Assembly (NCBI RefSeq): GCF_020627745.1
Contig: NZ_JAHDGE010000003.1
Location: 41,282 to 105,281, forward strand
DNA from: Pseudooctadecabacter sp.
GTDB lineage: Bacteria; Pseudomonadota; Alphaproteobacteria; Rhodobacterales; Rhodobacteraceae
Reading direction: 5' to 3'
Length of the DNA stretch: 64,000 nucleotides
In this document: piece by piece, positions 1 to 10,916 of the stretch
Layout: each line of letters opens with the position of its first letter
Position numbering within the stretch: the stretch's first letter is position 1
Translations under genes and position numbers: made by a program
Notes under the pieces: generated by a model
The model's database searches: none
Seen by the model: the letters and a program-made list of their open reading frames with translations, nothing else
What the model was told of the DNA's origin: nothing

Positions 1-3000
1 AAGTTCGGTGGAGTCCAGCGGTGCGTCGGGATCGCCCCAGATGATTTCCGGTGCTTTGACACGCTTGGCCTCGCGGGCCAGCGCCCAGTCTTCGGCGGCC
101 CTGCTGGACCGGCCCCCGCCCATTTTGGCGAGCGACCACGCGCCCCAACGGGCATAGGTCGTGACCCAGACGCGCAGCGCCAGCATGGACGGCGTAAACA
201 CCAGCGTCAGCACGGTCGCAATGCCCAGGCCGAACACCACAGCCGTCGCCAGCTGTTTCCACCACAGCGATGTGGGGCTGTCGACGCTGTAACCGCCGCC
301 GATGAAATCAAGGCTAAGGCCGAACATCATGGGTGCCAGACCGGCCATGGTGGTGATCGTGGTCAGCAACACAGGACGGATCCGGTCCTCAGCCGTGCGG
401 GTGATCGCCTCGGTCCTTGGCATATAGCGTTCGTATTCCTGATAGGTGTCGATCAGAACAATGTTGTTGTTCACCACGATGCCCGCCAGCGCCACAATGC
501 CCGTGCCCGTCATGATGATCGAAAACGCCTGATCCATGACCAACATACCGATCAGCACGCCGGTGGTGGACAGGATGACCGCAAGCAACACCAACACGGA
601 GTTGTAGATGGAGTTGAACTGCGCCAGCAGGATGATGAACATCAGCGCCAGCGCGCCCATGAAGGCCGTGGCAAGGAAGGCACCGGATTCCGCCTGATCG
701 GCCTGATCGCCGGTCCATTGATAGTTGACCGACGCAGGCAAAGGCTGGGTGTCGAGCCAGGCTGTCAGCACCTCGATCCGTTCGTTGCCGTTGATGACAA
801 CAGGCAGGGCGTCGCCATCGGTGATCGCCTGCTGCACGGCATCGACGCTGTTCGCATCGGCGAGGGTGACGAGTTCCAAAACCTCACCGCCGGAGGTTTC
901 AACCGTCCGGGTGCCGTCGGCCACAGTTTCCCCCTCGGCCACGTCGCGGAAGATACCGAGCGTGGATTGGTCGTCGCCTTCGCCGGTGACAAATTTGGTG
1001 AGGCCGGGCAGCACGTCCGCTTTGATGTCGAAGTACCGCGCCTGATCAATGCGGTCGATCTGGGCCAGTTTCGGGACTGGCGTGCGGGTGATGAAGTTCG
1101 ACAACGGCACGAGGCCTGCATTGGTGCGCACGCGCAGGCTGTCGAGGGTGGACAGCACGCGGTCCTGTTCGGGCAGGCGCACGCGGATTTCGATTTCCTC
1201 GTCCGATGACTCCACGCGCATGGTGTCCAGCAAAATGCCGCGTGTGACCAGTTGCACCATGCCGCCGACCGTCGCCACATCCGCGCCGAAACGACCGGCT
1301 TTTTCGACATCTACGTCGATCTGCCAGTCGATGCCGGGCAGGGGGCGGCTGTCTTCGATCAGGGTCAGGCCCGTGGTGGTGTCAAACTGGGCGCGGGCGA
1401 TGCGCGTGGCCTCTTGCAACTCAAGCCAGTTGTCGCCCGACAGACGCAGGTGCACCGGTTTGGCCGCCGCCGGACCGCGGCTGAGGTTCAGGATTTCGGT
1501 ACGGATACCGGGAATGGTTGAGAGGTTTTCGGTCAGCCGTTCCAGCACCAAATCACCGTCCAGCGTGGCCAGATCAAGATCGTTGGCGCGGGCAAAATCG
1601 GGACGGTCTTCCCACGGGACCAGTTCCAGTTGAAGTTGGCCGATGGTGTCGCGGGGGCCTTCGCCGCCGCCGGTGTTCTGGTTCAGACCGCCCGCACCGG
1701 CAAAGGCAAAGACCGACTGGATGCCCGGTTCAGCCAAGGCAATCGCCTCGGCCTGGGCGACGATGTCGTCCTTTTCGTCAATGCTGAGGTTGCCGCGCGC
1801 CTGTACGTAGACAATCGCCTGTTCGGGTTCGGATTCCACAAAGAATTCCACGCCGTTGTTGTTGGCCCCGAAGAAGGTGAAGGTCGTCATCACCGCGAAG
1901 ATCACAGCGGCGATCGATACGATGGGCATGATCGGGTTGCCCGCGATGAAGTGGATCACGTGGCCGAAAATAGAGCGTCGATAGCCTGCTTTGATCCGCT
2001 TGGCGGGGCGTTCAATCTTGGCGGCCCCAACGGTGATGGACACAGCGATCGCACCGGCCAAGAACAGGATCATACCGGGGAGGGAGGCAAAAAAGCCGCC
2101 CTCAACCATAGCACCGGTGAAATAGCCGGGGTTCAGGGTCAACATAGCACCGGCAAAGACCATCATGATGGCGGGGGCAATCAGGACCACGCGGACGACC
2201 CATGGCAGGGTGCGTTTCAGGGCCTCAGACGCGGCCCCAAAGGCGTTGGACATGCGGCCCGTGACGCCGCCCATGACGGGCAGATAGATCAATGCCACGA
2301 TCAGCGAGGCGGACAGCACAAAGATGATTGTGACCGGCAACATGCCCATGAATTGCCCCGGAACACCGGGCCAGAACAACATGGGCAGGAAGGCGCACAG
2401 CGTCGTCGCGGTGGAACTGACGATGGGCCAGAACATCCGCTTGGCCGCGTCCGTATAGGCCTGCATCGGCCCCGCGCCGTCTTTCATGCGTTTGTCGGCG
2501 TATTCCACCACAACGATGGCGCCGTCCACCAACATGCCCACGGCCAAGATCAGGCCGAACATGACGATGTTGGAAATCGTGACGCCCATCACGGCGAGGA
2601 AGGCGAAACACAGCAAGAAAGACGTGGGAATCGCAAAGCCCACCAGCAACGCAGGCCGCGTGCCAAGGGCCGCCAGAACCACGATCATCACCAGCGCGAT
2701 GGCCGTCAGAACGGAGCCTTCCAACTGGCGGACCATGCTGTCCACGTTGCGCGACTGGTCGTTGCTGACACCCACCTGCACGGCGTCGCGCAGGTCTTGG
2801 GGCCAGCTTGCGACCTCGTCGTCGACGACGGTCTTCACCTCGGCCGCCGTGTCGATCAAGTTGAAACCACGGCGTTTGACCACCTGAAGCGCCACGGTGG
2901 TTGTGCCGTTGAACCGCGCGGTGCTGGCGCGGTCTTCGAACGTCAGGCGGATTTCGGCAAGATCCCCAAGGGTGATCACACGGTCGCCGTTGGTTTTGAC

Positions 3001-3729
3001 AGGCAGGGTGTAGATGTCGCGCGGTTCGTCAAAACTGGACGGAATTTTGACCGCGAAGGAGCCTTGATCGGTCGCGACTTCACCTGCGGCAATCAGCAGG
3101 TTGTTCTGGGTGACGACGTTGATCAGCTCCCCTGCGGTGACGTTATACGCCTCCAGCTTCAGGGGGTCGATCAGAACCTCGATCATCTCGTCGCGTTGGC
3201 CGGTCAGCGACGCCTCAAGCACGCCGTCGATGCCTTCGACAGCCTCTTGCAGGTCTTCGGCCACTTGGATCAGGGTCCGTTCGGGGACGTTGCCGGTCAG
3301 GTTAACGATGACGATGGGAAATTCGGAAAAGTTTATTTCATTGATGGAATAATTGTCCGCACCTGCGGGAAACTGACCCTCGGCGGCGTTCATCGCATCG
3401 CGGATGTCGGCCATGGTGTCGGTCTTGTTCCAGCCGAAATCGAATTCGAGCGCGACCCCTGCGTAGCCTTCGGAGGCCGTCGCCGTCATCTCCAGCAGGC
3501 CGTCGATGTCCTGCAATTCGGCTTCCATGGGTTTGACCAGCAAGGTTTCCGAATCCTCGGCGGAGATGCCGGGGAAGGGGACGGACACGAAGATCACCGG
3601 GATTTCGATGTCAGGTTCACCCTCTTTGGGCAGGCCGTTGTAGGCAAAACCGCCGGCCAGCAGGGACAGCACGATAAAGGCAATCACCATCCGCGCGCGG
3701 GAGGCTGCGACATCAACGAGTTTAATCAT
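1..3729 (-). CDS. RND efflux transporter permease subunit (AcrB/AcrD/AcrF family), 3' end beyond window
   Basis: ATG at 3729 overlaps the stop of the upstream adaptor gene (ATGA). Reads MIKLVDVAASRARMVIAFIVLSLLAGGFAYNGLPKEGEPDIEIP, with RND motifs GMLVDGAIVVVE, GIVVNNNIVLID and RIRPVLLTTITT. Frame appears open to the window edge. Confidence 0.93.
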   Translation of the reverse strand, partial: MIKLVDVAASRARMVIAFIVLSLLAGGFAYNGLPKEGEPDIEIPVIFVSVPFPGISAEDSETLLVKPMEAELQDIDGLLEMTATASEGYAGVALEFDFGWNKTDTMADIRDAMNAAEGQFPAGADNYSINEINFSEFPIVIVNLTGNVPERTLIQVAEDLQEAVEGIDGVLEASLTGQRDEMIEVLIDPLKLEAYNVTAGELINVVTQNNLLIAAGEVATDQGSFAVKIPSSFDEPRDIYTLPVKTNGDRVITLGDLAEIRLTFEDRASTARFNGTTTVALQVVKRRGFNLIDTAAEVKTVVDDEVASWPQDLRDAVQVGVSNDQSRNVDSMVRQLEGSVLTAIALVMIVVLAALGTRPALLVGFAIPTSFLLCFAFLAVMGVTISNIVMFGLILAVGMLVDGAIVVVEYADKRMKDGAGPMQAYTDAAKRMFWPIVSSTATTLCAFLPMLFWPGVPGQFMGMLPVTIIFVLSASLIVALIYLPVMGGVTGRMSNAFGAASEALKRTLPWVVRVVLIAPAIMMVFAGAMLTLNPGYFTGAMVEGGFFASLPGMILFLAGAIAVSITVGAAKIERPAKRIKAGYRRSIFGHVIHFIAGNPIMPIVSIAAVIFAVMTTFTFFGANNNGVEFFVESEPEQAIVYVQARGNLSIDEKDDIVAQAEAIALAEPGIQSVFAFAGAGGLNQNTGGGEGPRDTIGQLQLELVPWEDRPDFARANDLDLATLDGDLVLERLTENLSTIPGIRTEILNLSRGPAAAKPVHLRLSGDNWLELQEATRIARAQFDTTTGLTLIEDSRPLPGIDWQIDVDVEKAGRFGADVATVGGMVQLVTRGILLDTMRVESSDEEIEIRVRLPEQDRVLSTLDSLRVRTNAGLVPLSNFITRTPVPKLAQIDRIDQARYFDIKADVLPGLTKFVTGEGDDQSTLGIFRDVAEGETVADGTRTVETSGGEVLELVTLADANSVDAVQQAITDGDALPVVINGNERIEVLTAWLDTQPLPASVNYQWTGDQADQAESGAFLATAFMGALALMFIILLAQFNSIYNSVLVLLAVILSTTGVLIGMLVMDQAFSIIMTGTGIVALAGIVVNNNIVLIDTYQEYERYMPRTEAITRTAEDRIRPVLLTTITTMAGLAPMMFGLSLDFIGGGYSVDSPTSLWWKQLATAVVFGLGIATVLTLVFTPSMLALRVWVTTYARWGAWSLAKMGGGRSSRAAEDWALAREAKRVKAPEIIWGDPDAPLDSTEL

Positions 3730-4937
3730 CCCTCGGCCTCCTGCATGGTCGGTATGACGGGCACGCCGTCTGTGACGTATTCCTGACCCACAACGATCAC
3801 ATCGACCGTCTCGGGCAGGCCCGTGACCCACATGCCGTCGATGGTGTCGCGCAACACGCCCACGGGCAAAAAGCGCGCGATGTTGCCGTCGCCCACAACG
3901 CGGATGCCGATGTTGCCGTCATTGTCCAAGGTCATGGCAGAGGCAGGCAGCAGATGCGCGCTGCGCCCGTCCGACGCCACAAGGATTTCGGCGGTCTGGC
4001 CGTCGCTGATGGCAAAATCGGCATTGGGCACTTCGATTTCTACGCGGAAGGTGCGGGTTTGTTCATCGGCGGACCGAGACAGGAAGCTGACCTGACCCAC
4101 GACCTCTTGTCCCGATGTCAGACGCGCACCGGCCTGCGCGCCGACAGCAATCTGGGCCACGTTGTCTTCGGGCACAAAGCCCACCAGTTTGATCGGGTCC
4201 AGCTGGATGATCGTGGCGCAGGGCGCGCCGGGCTGCATCAGCGTGCCCAGTTCGGCGGTGTCTGATTCCAGCAGGCCGGAAAACGGTGCCGTGATGTTAA
4301 GACGGTCCAGTTCCTTTTCAGCGGCGGCAACACCGGCCTGTGCGGCCTCAATCCCGGCCTGTGCGCCGGTCACCTGGCTTGTTGCACGTTGGACACCGGC
4401 ATTTGCGGCCTCAAGCGCGGCTTCGGCGCTGACCAGACGGGTGGTGGAGGCAAAGCCGTCCTGGCTGAGCTGGCGGGCGGCGTTGACGTTGATTTCAGCC
4501 TCACGCACGCGGGCCTGCGCCTCGGCCACGGCGGCCTGTGCCTCGGGCACGCGGCCTTGTGCTTCGGTCAGGCGGGCGCGCGCCTCGGCCAGCATTGATT
4601 CCCGCGTGCCGGGGTCCAGTTGGCACATCAGCTGGCCTTCCTCGATGGTGGCGCCTTTGCGGATCGGTTCTGAAATGACCTGACCGGATGTTTCGGAGGC
4701 GACGGTGACCTGACGTGCGGCCTCTGTGCGGCCGCGCAGAACAACGGCACTGTCCACGGTTTCCGCGCGCGATGTCATGGCGACGACGCTGACGGGGTCG
4801 ATGGTGTCCTCGTCCCCCTGTGTGTCATCTGTCGCGGGTTCGACCTGTGCAAATGCCAGAAGCTGTTCACGTTCGAACACCAGCGCATACAGGGTCAGCG
4901 ATACGATGATCGCGGTGAGAAGGGGCATGATACGCAT
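3726..4937 (-). CDS. RND efflux periplasmic adaptor (membrane fusion protein)
   Basis: N-terminal TM, lipoyl half-motifs (VASETSGQV, ITAPFSG), long alpha-hairpin, TRTFRVE motif. Confidence 0.93.
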   Translation of the reverse strand: MRIMPLLTAIIVSLTLYALVFEREQLLAFAQVEPATDDTQGDEDTIDPVSVVAMTSRAETVDSAVVLRGRTEAARQVTVASETSGQVISEPIRKGATIEEGQLMCQLDPGTRESMLAEARARLTEAQGRVPEAQAAVAEAQARVREAEINVNAARQLSQDGFASTTRLVSAEAALEAANAGVQRATSQVTGAQAGIEAAQAGVAAAEKELDRLNITAPFSGLLESDTAELGTLMQPGAPCATIIQLDPIKLVGFVPEDNVAQIAVGAQAGARLTSGQEVVGQVSFLSRSADEQTRTFRVEIEVPNADFAISDGQTAEILVASDGRSAHLLPASAMTLDNDGNIGIRVVGDGNIARFLPVGVLRDTIDGMWVTGLPETVDVIVVGQEYVTDGVPVIPTMQEAEG

Positions 4938-5016
4938 TAAGCAACTCTCAAGATCGGGGCCGGGCCGCCGCGGATGCGGGCCTTGTCTATGTCCTGCGAC
5001 ATATAAACCATTACGC

Positions 5017-5037
5017 TAAACTGACCAGTTCAGATTA
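5017..5037. promoter_or_regulatory. Imperfect palindrome, putative repressor (TetR-like) operator of the efflux operon
   Basis: TAAACTGACCAGTTCAGATTA, 80 bp upstream of the adaptor start in an AT-rich divergent intergenic region. Confidence 0.45.
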
Positions 5038-5196
5038 AAGAAAATTTGCCGCAGGTGCAACATAGGAAAGTAAATGGGATTTACATTTCCGGTCTGCAAG
5101 TCTTTTGCCGCTTTTGGCCGCCCCTTGATCGTGCAACCCTTGCCCCCCTTTGCCGCTTCAAGATAAGAGGGGGCCACGACATGGGGTGAGGACCAG

Positions 5197-5880
5197 ATGA
5201 GCAATACAGACAGCTTCATAGACGAGGTGTCCGAAGAGGTCCGCAAGGACCGGCTTTTCGGCTATATGCGCAAGTATGGCTGGATCGCTGTTCTGGTGGT
5301 TCTGGTGCTGGTGGGAGGCACCGCGTTCTCCGAATACCGCAAGGCACAAGCAGAGGCTGCGGCCAAATCCACGGGCGATGCGATCCTGACCGCGCTGGAA
5401 ATGGACGATGATGCCGAACGGACGGCTGCGTTGCGCGCGGTTGAGGCCGAGGGCGGTGCTGCGGCTGTGACAGGTCTGCTGGCGGGGTCTGATCTGGTCG
5501 AAACGGGTGAGGCGGAAGCCGCAACCGAGGTTCTGAACGCCGTGGCCCTGCAAGATGATGCGCCACAGGTGTACCGCGATCTTGCGGCATTGAAGGCTGC
5601 GATGATCACAGATGGTCCCCTGTCCGAAGATGACCGACGGGCCACGTTTGAACGCCTTGCTGCCCCCGGTGCTACATTCCGCCTGATTGCGCAGGAACAG
5701 CTGGCCCTGATGAACGTCGCCGCCGGTGAAACGGAACTGGCGCTGGACCAGTTTGCCGCCATCGCGCAGGACGCCGAAGTCACGCGGGGCTTGCGTGATC
5801 GCGCATTCGGCATGATTGTGGCACTGGACGGTGATATCGAGAGTTTGATCTTGGGCAACACCGACCCGATCGACCAATAA
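5197..5880 (+). CDS. TPR-like ancillary SecYEG subunit (YfgM/DUF2659-like)
   Basis: SFIDEVSEEVRKDRL N-terminus, single TM, helical repeats; canonical position upstream of bamB-der. Confidence 0.85.
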   Translation: MSNTDSFIDEVSEEVRKDRLFGYMRKYGWIAVLVVLVLVGGTAFSEYRKAQAEAAAKSTGDAILTALEMDDDAERTAALRAVEAEGGAAAVTGLLAGSDLVETGEAEAATEVLNAVALQDDAPQVYRDLAALKAAMITDGPLSEDDRRATFERLAAPGATFRLIAQEQLALMNVAAGETELALDQFAAIAQDAEVTRGLRDRAFGMIVALDGDIESLILGNTDPIDQ

Positions 5881-5904
5881 ACCCGACCTAAAGGGGGGGA
5901 TGAC

Positions 5905-7242
5905 GTGACAGGCCAAGACACACCCAACACGGGACGTTTTCGGACATCTTTGCTGGCCCTTCTGGCGGCGACGGGCCTTCTGGCGGCCTGCGGCGAACGG
6001 GACATCATCCTTCCGGGTGAACGGCTTGGCATCCGGGGCGAGGCTTTGGGTGCGGATGCTTTCATCAATGAGGCACGCCCGATTGCGCTGGCCGCCCAGG
6101 TGACCAATGCGGACTGGACCCACCGCAATGGCGGACCGGCCCACCGGATCACCCACCCCACACTGGGTGCCGCGCTGACGCCGGTCTTTGCCGCAAACAT
6201 CGGTGCGGGCAACACCCGCCGGTTGCGGATCACGGCCGATCCTGTGGTGTCGGGCGGTCGAATTTTCACGCTGGATGCAAAATCGCAGGTGACGGCAACA
6301 TCAAGCGCCGGTGAAACCCTTTGGGCGCAAAGCGTTATTCCCGTGACCGACAATCCCACCGATGCATCGGGCGGCGGTCTGGCCACGGATGGCGACATTG
6401 TTGTGGCCACCACCGGTTTCGGTGAGGTCGTGGCGCTGGATGCAGCGTCGGGCGGGGAAATCTGGCGTCAGGATCTGGACGCACCGGGCACATCCGCGCC
6501 CACGATCCGGGGTGATCTGGTCTATGTGGTCAGCCGCGACGGGCGCGCTTGGGCGATTGAACGGGGCAATGGCCGCGTGCGCTGGACCATTGGCACCACG
6601 CAGCCGGTGTCGAATTTCTCGGGCGGGGCGGGGGCGGCTGTGACTTCTGATCTGGCGATCTTCCCGTTCCCGACGGGCGAAGTGTTGGCGGCGTTCCCCG
6701 ATGGTGGTTTGCGCCGCTGGTCAACGGTGGTGACTGGGCAGCGCCCCGGTCAGGCCGCATCGAACATTTCCGACATTGCCGGTGATCCGGTGGTCGATGG
6801 CGACCGCATCTATGTAGGCAATGTGTCGGGCCGTGTGGTGGCCTTGAATGCAGCCAACGGCGACCGTGACTGGACGGCGACCGAAGGGGCCGTGGGCCCT
6901 GTCTGGCCTGCGGGCGGGTCGATCTTTATGGTGAACGATCTTGGGGAATTGTTGCGGCTGGATGCGGCTGACGGCACACCGGTCTGGCGCGTCGCGCTGC
7001 CCGGATTTGAGGAAACCCGCGAACGTCGCCAGAAAACACGTTTCGCCCATTACGGCCCGATTGTTGCGGGGGGCCGCGTTATCGTGGCCAGCGGTGACGG
7101 GCTGTTGCGGCAGTTTGACCCGACCTCCGGCGCGCTGGTGGGCACCGCCCCGATCGCCGGCGGGGCCGCGTCGAACCCTGTTGTGGCGAACGGGACACTT
7201 TATGTCGTGACACAGCGTGGGCAACTGGTGGCTTTCCGTTAG
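5905..7242 (+). CDS. bamB: PQQ-like beta-propeller lipoprotein (BamB-like)
   Basis: Lipobox LLAAC, repeated ALDAxxGxxxW blades, yfgM-bamB-der synteny. Confidence 0.85.
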   Translation: MTGQDTPNTGRFRTSLLALLAATGLLAACGERDIILPGERLGIRGEALGADAFINEARPIALAAQVTNADWTHRNGGPAHRITHPTLGAALTPVFAANIGAGNTRRLRITADPVVSGGRIFTLDAKSQVTATSSAGETLWAQSVIPVTDNPTDASGGGLATDGDIVVATTGFGEVVALDAASGGEIWRQDLDAPGTSAPTIRGDLVYVVSRDGRAWAIERGNGRVRWTIGTTQPVSNFSGGAGAAVTSDLAIFPFPTGEVLAAFPDGGLRRWSTVVTGQRPGQAASNISDIAGDPVVDGDRIYVGNVSGRVVALNAANGDRDWTATEGAVGPVWPAGGSIFMVNDLGELLRLDAADGTPVWRVALPGFEETRERRQKTRFAHYGPIVAGGRVIVASGDGLLRQFDPTSGALVGTAPIAGGAASNPVVANGTLYVVTQRGQLVAFR

Positions 7243-7289
7243 GCGGTAAAGGGTGTAGTGGGCGGCACTTAACCTGATAGAGTCGCATC

Positions 7290-8762
7290 ATGTCCTTCAC
7301 ACTTGCCATCGTGGGCCGCCCCAATGTGGGCAAATCCACCCTCTTTAACCGTCTTGTCGGCAAAAAGCTGGCGCTGGTCGATGACCAGCCCGGTGTGACG
7401 CGCGATTTGCGCGAAGGGGCTGCGCGGTTGGGGGACCTGAAGTTCACCATCATCGACACCGCCGGTCTGGAAGAGGCGACGGACGACAGCCTGCAGGGCC
7501 GTATGCGCCGCCTGACCGAACGCGCCGTGGAAATGGCAGATGTGTGTCTGTTCATGTACGACGGGCGCACAGGCGTCATGCCCGCGGATGAGGTGTTTGC
7601 AGATATTCTGCGCAAGAAAAACGCCCATGTGATCCTCGCCGCCAACAAATCCGAAGGCAAAGCCGCCGATGCGGGTGTGTTGGAGGGGTATAATCTTGGC
7701 CTGGGCGAACCGATCCGTTTGTCGGCTGAGCACGGCGAGGGGTTGGGTGAGCTTTACGATGTCCTCATGCCCTTGTCCGATGAGTTCGAAGAACGCGCCG
7801 CGGCGGACGCGCCGGAAACGGATGTGGATGTTGAGGACGACGAGGACGATGAGGGCGCGCGCGTCCCGACCCGCGCCAAGCCGTTGCAGATTGCTGTCGT
7901 GGGGCGCCCGAATGCGGGCAAATCCACGTTGATCAACAAAATCCTTGGCGAAGACCGGTTGCTCACCGGACCCGAGGCCGGGATCACGCGGGATGCCATT
8001 TCGGTGCAGATGGATTGGACGGCAGGCGATAGCACGGTGCCGGTGCGGATTTTCGACACAGCTGGTATGCGCAAACGGGCCAAGGTTCAGGAAAAGCTTG
8101 AGAAATTGTCGGTCAGCGACGGTCTGCGCGCGGTAAAATTCGCCGAGGTCGTGGTGGTGTTGCTGGATGTGGAAATTCCGTTTGAACAGCAGGATTTGCG
8201 CATTGCCGATCTGGCCGAACGGGAAGGCCGTGCAGTGGTTCTGGCGGTGAACAAATGGGATATGGAGCCTGAAAAGCAGGCCAAGCTGAAAGAGCTGAAA
8301 GAGGCGTTCGAGCGGCTGTTGCCACAGCTGAAAGGCGCGCCGTTGATCACAGTGTCGGCCAAAACGGGCCGCGGTCTTGACCGTCTGCAAGAGGCAATTC
8401 TGCGCGCCCATGACATCTGGAACCGCCGCATCACCACCGCGCAATTGAACCGTTGGCTGATGGGCATGACCGAGGCGCATCCGCCCCCCGCACCGGGCGG
8501 GCGGCGCATCAAGATGCGCTATATGACGCAGGTGAAAACGCGACCGCCGGGGTTTGTGGTGATGTGTTCCCACCCCGACATGTTGCCCGCCAGTTATTCG
8601 CGGTATCTGGTCAACGGTTTGCGGCTGGATTTCGACATGCCCGGCACGCCGATCCGCCTGCATTTCCGGTCACAGGCGGACAAGAACCCCTATAAGAACA
8701 AGACCAAATCCACGCCGTCCCGTCTGCGCAAGCATTTGGGCAAGGGACGCGCCGACGAGTAG
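7290..8762 (+). CDS. der: Ribosome biogenesis GTPase Der
   Basis: Two GTPase domains ([16 protein letters not shown]; DTAG), acidic linker, KH-like C-terminus. Confidence 0.98.
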   Translation: MSFTLAIVGRPNVGKSTLFNRLVGKKLALVDDQPGVTRDLREGAARLGDLKFTIIDTAGLEEATDDSLQGRMRRLTERAVEMADVCLFMYDGRTGVMPADEVFADILRKKNAHVILAANKSEGKAADAGVLEGYNLGLGEPIRLSAEHGEGLGELYDVLMPLSDEFEERAAADAPETDVDVEDDEDDEGARVPTRAKPLQIAVVGRPNAGKSTLINKILGEDRLLTGPEAGITRDAISVQMDWTAGDSTVPVRIFDTAGMRKRAKVQEKLEKLSVSDGLRAVKFAEVVVVLLDVEIPFEQQDLRIADLAEREGRAVVLAVNKWDMEPEKQAKLKELKEAFERLLPQLKGAPLITVSAKTGRGLDRLQEAILRAHDIWNRRITTAQLNRWLMGMTEAHPPPAPGGRRIKMRYMTQVKTRPPGFVVMCSHPDMLPASYSRYLVNGLRLDFDMPGTPIRLHFRSQADKNPYKNKTKSTPSRLRKHLGKGRADE

Positions 8763-8765
8763 GGT

Positions 8766-8791
8766 TTTCAGGTATTTCTGAACCAGAGAAA
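8766..8791 (-). repeat. Dispersed intergenic repeat, copy 1
   Basis: Reverse complement TTTCTCTGGTTCAGAAATACCTGAAA, near-identical to 19384-19412 and 37595-37620. Confidence 0.7.
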
Positions 8792-8802
8792 CGGGGCGTG
8801 GT

Positions 8803-9516
8803 CTAGGACGCGACCGGGCGCGTGTCATTGCGGGTTTGATAGGCGAGGAGTGCGCCGATCAAAACGATGCCAATGGCGGCTTCGGCAGATACAAGGGTCA
8901 TACCGTTGGCGACAATGATGCCGACCGATGCCCAGATCACCGTCAATCCGTAGCCGGGCGCGTTGGGCTTGATCCATTGGACGGGCAGGGCGATGGCGAG
9001 TGCCAGTGCGATGCCCGCATAGGCCCAGCCGGTTTGATCAAACAGCACGCCGTAGCCTGCCATGGTGGATCCGACGGACACACAGGATGCGGCCGTCAGC
9101 CAGCCTGCGTAGATCGACACAGGCCAGCGCGCCCAGCCCGCGTCATGCGCTGGCGCGCGTAACATCGCGATCACGGCGGGCACGGCCATGGCGATGATCA
9201 GGACCGTGGCCCCAATGGCGGTCTGGTTGGCCACCCACAACCACGGGGTGCCCAAGGCAAGGCTGACAATCAGCGGCGCGCGCATGATATCCCACGCAGG
9301 ATCCGTGGCCCGTTTCCAGACGCCAAAGACCGCCGAGACCACCAACCAGCCGTAGATCAGCCCCCAGATGGAAAAGGCATAGCCCGCCGGCTGGATGGGC
9401 GGGTCGATCTGGGGGATGGGCAGTTGATCGGCCTCGAACCCCGAAAAAGGAGATGTCAGGGCGGGCGAGATCACGAAGGTGATTGTGAACAGCAATGTCA
9501 GAAGTGCGCGGGTCAT
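8803..9516 (-). CDS. Tryptophan-rich multi-pass membrane protein (TspO/MBR-like)
   Basis: QPAGYAFSIWGLIY and IYAGWLTAA motifs, about 7 TMs. Confidence 0.7.
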   Translation of the reverse strand: MTRALLTLLFTITFVISPALTSPFSGFEADQLPIPQIDPPIQPAGYAFSIWGLIYGWLVVSAVFGVWKRATDPAWDIMRAPLIVSLALGTPWLWVANQTAIGATVLIIAMAVPAVIAMLRAPAHDAGWARWPVSIYAGWLTAASCVSVGSTMAGYGVLFDQTGWAYAGIALALAIALPVQWIKPNAPGYGLTVIWASVGIIVANGMTLVSAEAAIGIVLIGALLAYQTRNDTRPVAS

Positions 9517-9650
9517 TTTGGGCCTTTGATTGTGTGGTGTTTAACGCAGGGTCCGGCCCATTGGTTCATTTGTGGTCAGGAATAGCCGACTTGACCACAA
9601 GGGCTGCCGTCTTTCACCTTTGAAGAAGGTATTTTCAAAGGAAACGCAGT

Positions 9651-10916
9651 ATGAAACGCATTGTTATTTTCATCGACGGGACGTGGAACAGGCCCGATGC
9701 GGAGCATCCGACCAATGTCGTCCGTCTGGCGCGCTGTGTTCAGCACCGAACCGACAGCGGGATGCCTCAGGTGGTTTTGTACACCGCCGGTGTGGGGTCG
9801 GGTGCAGGCAACAACCGTGTGGCGCGCAAGATGGATCGCGTGTTTGGGGGCACTCTGGGCTGGGGTCTTCTGGCGCTGATGGAGGACATGTACCGCCGTT
9901 TGGTCTTTGCCTATGAGCCGGGGGACGAAATCATGATCTTCGGCTTTTCGCGTGGGGCCTTTGCCGCGCGGTCCCTTGTGGGGTTCATCCGGTCGGCGGG
10001 CATCTGCGGGCGCGACCGGTTGCGCGATATTCCCGCGGCGGTGGCGCGGTATGTTTCCCGCGCCCCTGAAACCCATCCGCGCACTGACGAAAGTTATGCG
10101 TTCCGGCTGGGGTTTGCCCCGCGCGTCGTGACCTCGCTGGAGGAGCGGGCCTGGCGCGTCAAACACGGGCATAATACCGCAGGGGTTGTTGATTTGCGCG
10201 TGGCCTATCTGGGGGTCTGGGACACGGTGAAGGCGCTGGGCCTGCCTGCTGCGTTGCCTCTGGCTGACCGGTTCAACCGCAACTACACGTTTCATGATGC
10301 CAAGCTGTCATCCATGGTGATGGCGGCCCGCCACGCGATTGCCATTGATGAGCGGCGCAAGACCTTTCCGGCGATGCCATGGGACAACATGGAGGTTTTG
10401 AACAGCGATAACAACCACTTCGTACCTGAGTACCTGCAACAGTGGTTCCCCGGAAACCACGGGTCTGTGGGCGGCGGGGGCAGCCGTCGGGGGCTGTCGT
10501 CTGTGGCTTTGAACTGGATCATGCTGGGGGCTGTAAAGGCGGGGCTGGGCCTTGACTGGCGCGAGATGCGGCATGTGGCGGACCGTTTCGACGTCAACGA
10601 ACCGCTCGACAACAAATTCGGGCCGGTGGGGCTTGCATCGGTTCTGAACCATTGGTCGACCCATCGGGACGGGCCACGGAGCCTGTCCGAGATGTCGATG
10701 CTGGCCATCGACCGTGCCTTTGCAGACAAGGCCTACCGGCGGACGCCGACCCTGAGCAAGGTGTACGACGAGCTATACCGCATGGACGAGACCCAGCGCG
10801 AGCGGATGCGCGAGGCGCACAGGGTGACCGATGGGGCCTATACGCACCGGTTGGGGCAGGTGACATGGCCCGGACCACCGGAGTGGTCGCGTACCCCCGA
10901 TACCCTAGACGAGTGA
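9651..10916 (+). CDS. DUF2235 alpha/beta-hydrolase (Tle1-like phospholipase domain)
   Basis: [13 protein letters not shown] nucleophile motif, [27 protein letters not shown]. Confidence 0.9.
   Translation: MKRIVIFIDGTWNRPDAEHPTNVVRLARCVQHRTDSGMPQVVLYTAGVGSGAGNNRVARKMDRVFGGTLGWGLLALMEDMYRRLVFAYEPGDEIMIFGFSRGAFAARSLVGFIRSAGICGRDRLRDIPAAVARYVSRAPETHPRTDESYAFRLGFAPRVVTSLEERAWRVKHGHNTAGVVDLRVAYLGVWDTVKALGLPAALPLADRFNRNYTFHDAKLSSMVMAARHAIAIDERRKTFPAMPWDNMEVLNSDNNHFVPEYLQQWFPGNHGSVGGGGSRRGLSSVALNWIMLGAVKAGLGLDWREMRHVADRFDVNEPLDNKFGPVGLASVLNHWSTHRDGPRSLSEMSMLAIDRAFADKAYRRTPTLSKVYDELYRMDETQRERMREAHRVTDGAYTHRLGQVTWPGPPEWSRTPDTLDE

Noticed and set aside
1630-3786. 718-aa plus-strand ORF and many similar long ORFs (7269-8663, 12151-13758, 20734-22317, 38602-39960, 53423-54988)
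   Set aside because: Antisense shadows of well-supported genes in high-GC DNA; their translations have no recognisable motifs.
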